Shown here piece by piece: positions 50,381 through 63,200 of a stretch of 64,000 nucleotides of DNA. The notes under the pieces are model-generated. The model was not told the origin of the DNA. It did no database searches and saw only the letters and a program-made list of their open reading frames with translations. Every line of letters begins with the position of its first letter. Position 1 is the stretch's first letter. The stretch is from the NCBI RefSeq assembly GCF_902652985.1, contig NC_047015.1, forward strand, positions 43,028,001 to 43,092,000. The letters run 5' to 3'. The stretch is from Pecten maximus (Eukaryota). A program made the position numbers and the translations under genes.

Positions 50381-52725
50381 GCGTGCTACCTGCATCTGTC
50401 AGAGAGCGAGACTGATGATTGTGTCAATGCATGTACGGGTAAGTATTGATACTGCTGATAGTGTGAACGTTGTCATTACTTTCAAGGTTAAACAGCTGTC
50501 AACACGAGTTTGACACCACTTCACGTTTGAATTAATATTTTCAAGTTGGAACCAGTGTCAAGACATCATGACCATGATCATGAGTGAAGCTTAATAGAAG
50601 CTTTATTTGTTTGTTACTTGTAGTACGACCCGTTACTGACAATCATTAGGCTGGCTAAATGAAGTATAAGAACACACTGTAGGGGCGGATTGGCACTGTT
50701 CCTGATAATTATGAGTTTAAACATTCACATTTTAAATGTAAATGACGTTGTATAATCTATGTTTATATTGATACATGTAAGTACTTTATACAGTATGTAT
50801 ACATGTATGTATTATTGAGTGTGTGCTAATTAAGTACATACATAAGCTTTGATTGTTAAAGTAGCAGAGTTGGCATTCACTGTTCATGTAGGTTCCCTAT
50901 TTTTTAATTGCATGATGTGACTTATTAATTTTTTTAACATACATGTACACTGTACTGTCTACATACATCTGTAGCTTCACAATGTTGAGAAAACAGTTAC
51001 AACTGGGATTTAAACCAAGAATGGTGTAACCATTTGAGCTACCAGAGCCCCACTAGATTTCTACTCTTCTCCTTCTAAAATATATCTTCCGGTCACTCGA
51101 TTTGTAGCTCTTCTGCTTCTGGAAGATCATCTACCTCTTTACGTCTCGAAGCTGGAGGATTTATCTTCCAAGATGGCGGCGACCATATTTTAAGTGTACT
51201 GCGAGTGATGAGTTTCACTAGAGAAGGATATATTTTGTATATGACACATACATACATGTGTTTGTGTCATAGTGTTTGAGAAAACTTTAAAAAATGTTTA
51301 TTTTGGGTTATAATCTCCCGGTTTACTCGATTTACATATAACGGAATGCGATCTAATTCTTAGAAGGCTTCTCTTCTGAGAAGAGTGCAAATCGAGTGGG
51401 GCTCTATAGCTCTAGTCACTGGCGGTCACTTAGTCAAGTCTAATTCTGCTACACATGCATGCATTAAATGTGTATGGGATGTCAGTTCAAAGGAAGGGGT
51501 TGTTAAGGTTGTTCAAATTAATGGCCACATGTATAACATATCTGAATATCGAAGATGCAGGCTTAATTGCTAAGTAGGGTATATGATATATATCATTATG
51601 TAATTTTAAGATTTAGTGACAATGTTGATATTCATCAGAGGAAGCTAAGATTAGCTCACAAGGATGTCTACAACCATGGACCATGGAATGATCGATGGAG
51701 TATTCAGTTTGGGATTCCATCACTTATATAAAATCTGGTAAAGTTTTCTGTTCATGAAGCTGAAATACAATAAAATCTTCTGGGGAAAAAAAAGACAATC
51801 CATTTTGAAATTTTCAAATTTAGATAATAGGTGACAATTATATATGTCATTTGTTATAACATGTATATTTCAAACTTCTGAAGCAAACAGCATACAGTAT
51901 TTTCTTTTGAGTTTGCCTGAAAGAGAATATATGCATTGCCAACATCGGATTGCATGACTGTTTCTTGCAAAAAAAAAGAAAAAAAAAAAGAGAAAAAACT
52001 GTTTGAAACTGCATTCAGTGACATATTGATATAGCAGAAATCTTTCAGGATTTATGATAAGATGATCCAATCAAAGCAGATGTATTTTTTTTCTCAAAGC
52101 ATGTTGTGTATCAGACAATTTCATAAATCATCCTGTTTTTTGCAGAGTTACTTCCCTTTATGCACATTGAACATAACAGAAACAATTCTGACCAGCTTGT
52201 CTCTTTGTTGAATTCCCCTCTCTTTGGTTTTTGGTTTGGCGTTTTATCACCATTTGTAGGTGTAATGATTGTGATTATAATCTGACTATCCGTGAAACAT
52301 GCATACACTTCGATTGTTTTTTAGATGTAATTTTGTATCAAACATGTTAAGATGATTTTTTTTCTGAATTGATTGTCACCTTCTCATACTTTGACTATTA
52401 TCGACTTGTCTGCATCAATCAACTCAAAGTCACAGGGGCTTGGGTTCAATTTACATACACTTTCCATACATTGTTTTCATTGGGTTCATCCCCATGATGA
52501 CATTCATAAAATATCCAATAATTTGATATGGTAATCATCAATAAGAATTGTTCTAACCATATCTATGTAACTACAAGTGCAACATGGATAATACTTGCAT
52601 TATGATGCAGATCCAGTTGATTGCGTATGAATGCAAATCCTACAGTTGCTGTAGATATACCTAGTACACTATGTAACATCAGTGATTTGATGAAGAAGAA
52701 ATGATCTTTTTATAGGTTACTATTT

Positions 52726-52980
52726 ATTAGTCCCCTATCAGTGAAACCAGGGGGGAGGGGGGGGGGGGGGGGGGGGGGCACTCAATAGTAATAGGTTTAC
52801 TCATCTTCTGTCTTTCTCTCCATCCGTCCATCTGTCAGTCCTTCCACTCTGTTTTCCGCACTTTTCTTAGCCATGCTTCAGGGTATGTTGGTGAAAGTTG
52901 GTATGTAACTTCAGTATGATTAGCTACAGATCAAGTTAGAGTTTCAGGGTTTTTGTGTCAAGGTCAAGGTCACTGTTTTT
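52726..52980 (+). mobile_element. HINE-like 5' fragment
   Basis: TTATTAGTCCCCTATCAGTGAAACCAGGGGG.., a GTCC/CATCC microsatellite and GTCAAGGTCAAGGTCAC. Confidence 0.5.
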
Positions 52981-54253
52981 GTAAATGTCATTTGATTTTA
53001 GTGATTGTTATAGGGATAAATGTTATTACTTAATGCTAGCAGTTAGAATTTTGTGTATATAAAATAAGATAATTATGTATTGTAACTGGCCATCACATCA
53101 CATACATCTTGTGATCTGGACAGTGTACTGATATAACACTAATCTCATTGGTCATTATCTTAAGTCTATCAAGTTTAGGTCAGTTATTCAAACAATAGAT
53201 AATTATATCTTCAATAAGTTGCTATGCTTTCTTGGTAAGTACCTCTGGTAATATGAAAAAAAAAATCCCAAAATGTATTGATGTACCCTCGTACATATTA
53301 CATCTTCATGCACTCTTGCAAAAACATGTTTTGATCAAATTCATCTTTAAACTAAAATCTTGTATTTGACTAATCATACGATTATGTAATTCTTGCTTGT
53401 TTTTTGTAAATTTATAGTGTTGAGTTATTTTTATAATTCCATATTGACTATTTGACCTTTTCCCAGAAAAGGGATGGCTGTAAAATTTTGTATATAAACT
53501 CTATTTATCATTGTCTGCCTGAAACAATCAACCACAGTGAACATCTCATTATCAACTACAAGAACTTTTGTTATGATATATAAATTTTAAGGAGGAGAAA
53601 GGAGCCAACGTCAGCTGGAAATCAGTGGGTTTTCTCAGTGTGGTACTTTGCGTTGAGTCTGGATACCTTATAGGTATGCCGGGCAGTTAGAGTAAATAAT
53701 TAAATATAAGTAAATATTGAGGATGTTGCAGTTATTACTTCCTACTTATATATAAATTTGAATACGAGGCCAATTTCAAATATGTTGGACTGTCAGTTGG
53801 TGAAATTGTAAATTGATGATGATGATGATGATGATGCATGATGATGATGATGATGATGAATAGGATTAATTGATAAATATCTACAGAAATATTTTTAGTA
53901 ATAGAATAGACACCAATAAAACCATTGAATATCTCATCGGTACCGTAATTATATCTTAGAAGGTGGCAGGGCAACTTTTACCCAACCTGGGTATGCTTTC
54001 CCAATCAAACTTGAATATTTTCGGGTTTAACTGCTGATCATCTTGGATTTTCTCCTTGCGTGCTTCTATCCAGGCCAACAAGAGCAATTTAAATTAAGAT
54101 AACTTGTTTAGAAATTGTTGTAAGATAGATGAAATTTAAAATTTATTGAACTTTTTATTGTTAAACATGATTAGTACATGTAGTTAACGGAACCACAACA
54201 GTTGATATCCTACCATGGTACACATTAATGTAAGATAGAGAATAGATAAAATT

Positions 54254-54770
54254 GGTTAGGTTTATTTTGTTTAACGTCCTATTAACAGCTAAGGTCATTT
54301 AAGGACAGCCTCCTGTGCATGCGACATGCATGCGTGTGGTGAGTGCGTATGTGTATTTTGGGAGGCTGCGGTATGTACAGGTTAAGTCTCCTTGTGATAG
54401 GCTGAAACTTTTGCCGATTTATAGTGCTACTTCACTGAAGCATGCTGCTGAAGACACCCAGCAGGACACCCCACCCGGTCACATTATACTGACAACAGGC
54501 CAACCAGTCGTCGCACTCCCAAAATGCTGAGCGCTAAGCAGGAGTAGCAACTACCATTTTAATGACTCTGGTATGTCTCGGCCAGGGGACAGAACCCAAA
54601 GCCTTCCTCACAAGGGCGAACGCTCAACTGAAGACCAAAAGTGAGGCATTGTCAAGGGAGACATTAGGAAGAAGAAAGTTGTTAAGAAAGAAGAGAAAAG
54701 TTAAGATCCCAAATTTAGTCGCCTCTTACGATCATGCAATGGGGGCAACAGGTACAATTCTTACGTGGGC
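54254..54770 (-). mobile_element. tRNA-derived Meta-type SINE with a 5' extension
   Basis: On the minus strand: a tRNA-like head (~54650-54575), a Meta-like core (TGCTTAGCGCTCAGCATTTTGGGAGT..ACTGGTTGG..CAGTATAATGTGACCGGGTGG) and the same GCTGTTAATAGGACGTTAAACAAA tail as the 20652 SINE. Confidence 0.75.
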
Positions 54771-54774
54771 AGGA

Positions 54775-54996
54775 ATAATTTCCTTATGCAATACCACACA
54801 GTAAACCATGACCCACATAGCAGACATACTAATAATTGACATTACAGTGACATATGTATATATTACGCTTATCATTATCGAATAGATAAAATTTGATAAT
54901 GATAAGCGGAATATATACTGTGACTATAATGTCAATTATCAGAATGTTTGCTATCTGGGTCTTCGTTTACTGTGTGGTATTGCATAAGGAAATTAT
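54775..54996. repeat. Long imperfect inverted repeat (~105-bp arms, 15-nt loop)
   Basis: ATAATTTCCTTATGCAATACCACACAGTAAAC..CGCTTATCATTATC pairs with GATAATGATAAGCG..GTTTACTGTGTGGTATTGCATAAGGAAATTAT. Confidence 0.85.
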
Positions 54997-55344
54997 AGGA
55001 AGTATTTAACACTGTTACAGTGTAATGTGGTCTGCAGGTGTACACCTGTGTATACAGGACATATCTTAACGACCAGGTAACATTGTCATTTTAAGCAATG
55101 TAAAGACACTTTTTTAGATATGTGCATTTCAATCTGCTAATCTAAATCCAGTTAGGATGTTATATAACCTCAATCCAGATAACAGATACATCAAAGGTTC
55201 ACAATTAAATTATGTATTTAGGATATTTTATATAACCTACATCTAGGTATATCAGAGAATCAAATCTGAAATGGAGAAATTTTATATCATTTTGTTCAGA
55301 TACATGTACATCAAAGGTTTACCGTTAAATTCTGCATAAGTAGG

Positions 55345-55363
55345 TTGTTAATCCCCCACTGGG

Positions 55364-55397
<34 letters not shown>

Positions 55398-55850
55398 AGG
55401 GGCTATATTATTGCGATATGTCCACTTATCCTTTTGTCTGTCCCTCCTTTTGTGTCTGTCCTTGCATCCATCCTTAGTATATCTTGTCCAGGCTCTATTT
55501 TCTTCACTAAAAGTCTCCGGAACTTCATACTTAGGCAATGTGTCATGTATGAAAAGTAGGTCACTCTGCCCTACATTTTGGCCTTTGACCTACACCAACG
55601 AAAAATACCAATTACTGGTAAACACGGGCGTGGATAATGACGTACATTCACATTCCACTAATCACTGGAACTTCATACTTGGGTTATGGGTTCATCTTGG
55701 TTAGACAGTGTGCCATATTGTATCAAAAGTAGGTCGCTCTGACCTATATTTTGACCTTTGACCTACATCAAAGAAAAAGTTTGTCCAGGCTCTATCCCTT
55801 GCACTACTAGTCACTAGAGCTTTCATACTTGGGGTAAAGGTTCTCCTTAT
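55345..55850 (+). mobile_element. Degenerate HINE-like element
   Basis: TAATCCCCC..GGGG head, GTCC/CTGT microsatellite-like tract, and repeated TGTCCAGGCTCTA / GTAGGTCACTCTG / TTTGACCTAC motifs. Confidence 0.5.
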
Positions 55851-57162
55851 TTCTTATGAAATCATCATCTGTGTGTGCATTCCTGGAATATAATTTCACA
55901 TATGGAGGGAGACTGTATTTTACCAGATGCATGGTTTTGTTTTTATATAATCCAAATCCAGATACATCAACTGTTCACAATCAAATTCTGTATTTAGGAT
56001 ATTTTATATACATTTGATTTAAACCAGTTCAATATTTTATCACATCTGATATTTGTTAGTCCATAGTTACTTACTAATGCTGTAAGTACAAACACATTAT
56101 TCAACTTCATTCTAAGCTTGTTATTCAGATAGACCTACATTCATCAAAATACACCTGTAAGATAAAGGAGTTTCACGAACAGAATTGACAAGAACATTGA
56201 CTCAAACAAGACTGCGATCATGTACAAATCAAAGTATACTCGGAATACTTAACATTGCCTCTTATCATCTAACAGTCCCAATTGATTAAATCATGGTACC
56301 AGGAATTAACTGAAAGCTAATTATGTTTAAGATAATTGATATAACCTTAATGTTGTTTTATCATGTGACATTTGGTTGTATTCATGCCATTACCATCATT
56401 TAGCTCAGGTTAATGTTTTTAATCAGATCTGAATATGAAAATTTTGTAAAATAGTATTATTTGATTTCGATAAACCTGTTCGACTTATATCTGAGCAAAA
56501 GACTTTAATTGGCTCTTGCAAGGAGAACCTTTGTCTATTATCCTTTTTGCGTTGTGTCTCAGATTTTTCATAGTTTTCTCTGAAACAAGCAGATTTTTCT
56601 ACCAAGTATGGTTTGAAGCATCAAAAGGATAACGAGGCTTGAAGTTCCCTAAGTACACGTTAGTTAAACCTGCCTTAGGGACCCACTATATCCAGCTACT
56701 TCCTGTCTTACCTGACCTATTCAGAGCCCACCCCGACGATTTTATTGACTGTCTGTACCTGTATTTAGCGACTCCCTGTGAACAGGACTAACAGCCTTTA
56801 TGCCCTTTGAGTATTTAAACCTTTCTTTGATGATTTTCATGGTATTTTCTATCCATTTCACTCATAGACTTTCATTGGGATTGATTCCATAGGGTTGAAG
56901 AAATTCTTGATGTGTCAGCATTAAGCGTTCCATTCGATGCCAACATCCATGTGATCGAGACTTCCCTGAAAAAACGGGACTTTCCATAGACTGCTAGCTT
57001 GCTAACAAGTGACATCCCCTTAACGACTATTAGAAGGCATACATAATGAAAAATGATTCTGACGAATTGCATTAGAAACGAAACCGGTTAGGTTATATTC
57101 AGTGGACCAACACGGTACCCTCACAATAGGGACCACGGCAGAGTCCTTTCTCTCAGTCATTA

Positions 57163-58051
57163 TTAGGTCACCTGAGACTTAGTCTCAGTTAACCTATTGC
57201 GATCGCCTTTTGTCCGGCGGCATCCGTCGTCCATCGTAAACAATTTACATTTTTAACTTCTTCTCAAAACCCAGCTGGCCCAGAGACCTGATATTAGGTG
57301 CGTAGCATGCTGGGATGAAGGGCTAACAAGTTTGTTCAAATGGATGACCTCGACCTTCATTTAAGGTCACAGGGGTCAAATATGCTAAAATCTTTAAACA
57401 ACTTCTTCTTGATAACCAAAAGGCCCAGAACCAATATTAGGTTTGTACCAAAAGGCCGAGAGACCCAATATTAGGTTTGTAGCATGCTGGGATGAAGGGC
57501 TACCAAGTTTGTTCAAATGGATGACCTTGACTTTCATGCAAGGTCACAGGGGTCAAATATGATAAAATATTTAAATGACTTCTTCTTGTTAACCAAAAGG
57601 CCCAGAGACCCAATATTAGGTCTGTAGCATGCTGGGATGAAGGGCTACCAAGTTTGTTCAAATGGATGACCTTGACCTTCATTCAAGGTCACAGGGGTCA
57701 AATTTGCTAACATCTTTAAACATCTTCTTCTTGATAACGAAAAGGCCTAGAGACCCAATATTAGGTCTGTAACATGCTGGTATGAAGATCTACCAAGTTT
57801 GTTCAAATGGATGACCTTGACCTTCATTTAAGGTCACAGGGATCGAACATGCTACAATCTTTTTATAACAACTTCTTCTTGATATTACCAAGTGGCCCAG
57901 AGACCCAATATTGGGTTTGTAACATGCTATGATGAAGGGCTACCAAGTTTGTTCAGATGGATGACCTTGACCTTCATTCTAGGTCACAGGGGTCAAATAT
58001 GCTGAAATATATCATAACTCAACTGACCGTTAAGTCACATGGGCCTCTTGT
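57163..58051 (+). mobile_element. HINE with ~5 internal ~150-bp repeats
   Basis: 5' TTAGGTCACCTGAGACTTAGTCTCAG(T)TAACCTA and a GTCC-like tract. Repeats CAAGTTTGTTCAAATGGATGACCTTGACC..AGGTCACAGGGGTCAAAT. The 3' end is ..TGACCGTTAAGTCACATGGGCCTCTTG|TTT. Confidence 0.85.
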
Positions 58052-60281
58052 TTATTAGTAGGATGATCGAGGCATACAGTATATATATCACATGTACACA
58101 GCACTTATTTATATGATTTAACATCCATATCTCTTGAAAGATTCATTGATAAGTTAGTTCACGATCTGATATTGCATTTCTGCTAAGGTTTTATGTGCTA
58201 TTTATAGACTTATCTTCGTTACCAGTAAAGTCACTATTAACTCGGAACATCAATGCAATGACAGGTTTAATCATACTGATTGCCTACATCATGTAAAAAT
58301 AAAACATGTAACAGAATAATAAATAGATATAATTATCAAATATTAAATCAGTTATATAAATCAATAAGTTGATTTACCATCAAACACAGTCTGAAAATGC
58401 TGATATGTAAAAACAATACATTTTTATGAAGTGTTCCTGTGTCTATTGTCTATGTCTAATTCTACATTCCATAAATTCAGATAATTTCCCTTAATTTTTT
58501 GGTCATTTGCATCTAATCATTTTTTTGATGAAATATATCAATAAAAAAAATAATTTAATTTTGAAATACCAATAAATTTATCTTTTTTGGATAAATAAAC
58601 TTTAAAAAAATGCCTATATCTTTGAAGGATCATTTAAGAAATGTAACAAAGCATATCTCATGAAGATAACACCATTAAGAGACCCACTGTCTTATGTGAC
58701 TAGTTCATCTGTTCCCTTAAAAAGTCACATAAGATCGGTTTGACTGGATGTACCTCTACCCAAAATGAGGCCTTTTTTTTGTCTCTTGTAGAAGGATGGA
58801 ACAGCTGTAGGATACAATTTAATTAAAATTAACTTTACTTTCTCTAACTCTTAATTTGTTCTGAATTATGCTAATACCTAGCGTATCTTTTTTACAATCC
58901 TTTCATTTGGTCACCCCTAAAGTGCTTCTTGTAGAAGAGTATTGGATATTTATGAACCAACTTATACCCTATTTACGTTACCCTATACCAGTATCTGTCT
59001 GGTAGCCCGAGAGGCTAGTGTAGATCTGAACTTGTCCCTGAAAATGACCATGGACCTATCTGAAGCCCAGACATTCTCCCAAATATTTCACTCTACTGGT
59101 CACCTAATGACATGCTGACCAGTCTCATGAGTAGTACATGATCGTCTAGCTGACCCCATCATTGATAATGGTATATATACCATATACTGACCCGTGACCC
59201 GTTATGACCCTGCCCGTGCAGAGGACATTAAACCCTTAGAAAAGCAAACATTGATTGTTACCCTTACATGAGGAGGCATCTTTTGAATATACCGATTTAA
59301 TCTTTATGTTCAAACAATCATTATCTCTTTAAGTTTTAATTCGAATGATGTATGAGAATCCTGAAATATTCGCACTTTGAAAGGAAGTTTTGTAGATTGC
59401 CTGTGTCAATGTGATCTCAATTTTGGGCACTCCTTTATGTATTTGCATTTTGGTTTTAACATTTTATCTATCACTGAAAGTCAAACTAATACAAACTACA
59501 AATCGTATGGTAGCTATTTGACCTGTATCATTTATTTACTTTACAAACACATCTACTGAGGGTTTTACTTAATGGATGTGCTGGTGGACAGTGCCTTTGG
59601 TTCACAGCTACTCAGACATTTCTAGAGTTCACTCTTTCTGCAAATGAAATATGCTGTGTAAATAAATGTGAGATGTTTACTTACCCTATAATATTATCTA
59701 ATGCAGATTTAGTTTGGGTTTCCAGGTTATGATCTACAGTGAAGGCTAGTTGTCATATGAATTCTGTGTTGTGACATGCCAATGTCTTACTTTTATGCCC
59801 TTAGTTGACCTTTGCCCTATGGGGAGCATAATGTTAATCGTATCCATCCCCTCCCGATTCAATGTCACCATTTTAGTGTTTTCCTTCAGGGATTATAGGG
59901 AAGTTCAGGGTCGAGATCGCTGTTACTGATTATAGAATCTCCAACCCATTCACTGATATCACTCTATCAAGTTCAATTTTATGAGGAAATTTGATCAAAC
60001 TTTATATAAATGTTATTCATGCGATTGTCTAAGAGAAATTCATGTTTCAGGATGAGGTCATGGTCAAGGTCACCATTAAAACAATGCAAAATCATCAACT
60101 AGTTCAGATACATCACAGGAAAAAAGAGAGCAGGGCAATTCATGTCTTATACACATTTCTACCTTTCTCCATATAGTGGTAGCCTCTTCAATTACAGGGA
60201 AACAGGGTCCCTTAAAAGGACCCATTACCCTAAAAAAATCTTGTGAAAATTCCAAATTTGCCACTGAAAAATTCCACATTT

Positions 60282-63200
60282 TGATGTATGCCTGTGATGT
60301 ACAGGTTATATAGAGTGTGATGTATGCCTGTGATGTACAGGTTATATACAGTGTGATGTATCTCTGTGATGTACAGGTTATATAGAGTGTGATGTATGCC
60401 TGTGATGTACAGGTTATATAGAGTGTGATGTATCCCTGTGATGTACAGGTTATATAGAGTGTGATGTATCCCTGTGATGTATCCCTGTGATGTACAGGTT
60501 ATATAGAGTGTGATGTATCCCTGTGATGTACAGGTTATATACAGTGTGATGTATCCCTGTGATGTACAGGTTATATAGAGTGTGATGTATCCCTGTGATG
60601 TATCCCTGAGATGTACAGGTTATATAGAGTGTGATGTATCCCTGTGGTGTATCCCTGTGATGTACAGGTTATATAGAGTGTGATGTATCCCTGTGATGTA
60701 CAGGTTATATAGAGTGTGATGTATCCCTGTGATGTACAGGTTATATAGAGTGTGATGTATCCCTGTGATGTATGCCTGTGATGTACAGGTTATATAGAGT
60801 GTGATGTATCCCTGTGATGTACAGGTTATATAGAGTGTGATGTATCCCTGTGATGTAACAGGTTATATAGAGTGTGATGTATCCCTGTGATGTAACAGGT
60901 TATATAGAGTGTGATGTATCCCTGTGATGTACAGGTTATATACAGTGTGATGTATCCATGTGATGTACAGGTTATATAGAGTGTGATGTATCCCTGTGAT
61001 GTACAGGTTATATACAGTGTGATGTATCTCTGTGATGTACAGGTTATATAGAGTGTGATGTATGCCTGTGATGTACAGGTTATATAGAGTGTGATGTATC
61101 CCCTGTGATGTACAGGTTATATAGAGTGTGATGTATCCCTGTGATGTATCCCTGTGATGTACAGGTATATAGAGTGTGATGTATCCCTGTGATGTACAGG
61201 TTAGATACAGTGTGATGTATCCCTGTGATGTACAGGTTATATAGATGTGTGGATGTATCCCTGTGATGTATCCCTGAGATGTACAGGTTATATTAGAGTG
61301 TGATGTATCCCTGTGGTGTATCCCTGTGGATGTACAGGTTATATAGGAGTGTGATGTATCCCTGGTGATGTACAGGTTATATAGAGTGTGATGTATCCCT
61401 GTGATGTACAGGTTATATAGAGTGTGATGTAGTCCCTGTGATGTATGCCCTGTGATGTACAGGTTATATAGAGTGTGATGTATCCCTGTGATGTACAGGT
61501 TATATAGAGTGTGATGTATCCCTGTGATGTAACAGGTTATATAGAGTGTGATGTATCCCTGTGATGTAACAGGTTATATAGAGTGTGATGTATCCCTGTG
61601 ATGTACAGGTTATATACAGTGTGATGTATCCATGTGATGTACAGGTTATATAGAGTGTGATGTATCCCTGTGATGTACAGGTTATATAGAGTGTGATGTA
61701 TCCCTGTGATGTACAGGTTATATAGAGTGTGATGTATCCCTGTGATGTACAGGTTATATAGAGTGTGATGTATCCCTGTGATGTACAGGTTATATAGAGT
61801 GTGATGTATCCCTGTGATGTACAGGTTATATAGAGTGTGATGTATCCCTGTGATGTACAGGTTATATAGAGTGTGATGTATCCCTGTGATGTACAGGTTA
61901 TATACAGTGTGATGTATCCCTGTGATGTACAGGTTATATAAAGTGTGATGTATCCCTGTGATGTATCACTGTGATGTACAGGTTATATAAAGTGTGATGT
62001 ATCCTTCTTGTGTACAGGTTATATAGAGTGTGATGTATCCCTGTGATGTATCACTGTGATGTACAGGTTATATAGAGTGTGATGTATCCCTGTGATGTAC
62101 AGGTTATATAGAGTGTGATGTATCCCTGTGATGTACAGGTTATATAGAGTGTGATGTATCCCTGTGATGTATCCCTGTGATGTATTCCTGTGATGTATCC
62201 CTGTGATGTACAGGTTATATAGAGTGTGATGTATCCCTGTGATTTACAGGTTATATAGAGTGTGATGTATCCCTGTGATGTAACAGGTTATATAGAGTGT
62301 GATGTATGCCTGTGATGTACAGGTTATATAGAGTGTGATGTATGCCTGTGATGTACAGGTTATATAGAGTGTGATGTATCCCTGTGATGTACAGGTTATA
62401 TAGAGTGTGATGTATCCCTGTGATGTATCCCTGTGATGTAACTGGTTATATAGAGTGTGATGTATCCCTGTGATGTATCCCTGTGATGTATCCCTGTGAT
62501 GTATCCCTGTGATGTAGAGTGTGATGTATCCCTGTGATGTACAGGTTATATAGAGTGTGATGTATCCCTGTGCTGTATCCCTGTGATGTATCCCTGTGAT
62601 GTACAGGTTATATAGAGTGTGATGTATCCCTGTGATGTACAGGTTATATAGAGTGTGATGTATCCCTGTGATGTACAGGTTATATAGAGTGTGATGTATC
62701 CCTGTGATGTACAGGTTATATAGAGTGTGATGTATCCCTGTGGTGTATGCCTGTGATGTATCCCTGTGATGTATCCCTGTGATGTACAGGTTATATAGAG
62801 TGTGATGTATCCCTGTGATGTATCCCTGTGATGTACAGGTTATATAGAGTGTGATGTATCCCTGTGATGTATCCCTGTGATGTATTCCTGTGATGTAACT
62901 GGTTATATAGAGTGTGATGTATCCCTATGATGTACAGGTTATATAGAGTGTGATGTATCCCTGTGATGTACAGGTTATATAGAGTGTGATGTATGCCTGT
63001 GATGTACAGGTTATATAGAGTGTGATGTATCCCTGTGATGTACAGGTTATATAGAGTGTGATGTATCCCTGTGATGTACAGGTTATATAGAGTGTGATGT
63101 ATCCCTGTGATGTACAGGTTATATAGAGTGTGATGTATCCCTGTGATGTATCCCTGTGATGTATCCCTGTGATGTACATGTTATATAGAGTGTGATGTAT

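Noticed and set aside
50445-60280. Protein-coding exons of a downstream gene
   Set aside because: No convincing spliced coding exons were found. The region looks intronic or intergenic, with transposon relics.
62925-63179. ORF with TSQGYITLYITC repeats
   Set aside because: Translation of the 36-bp satellite.
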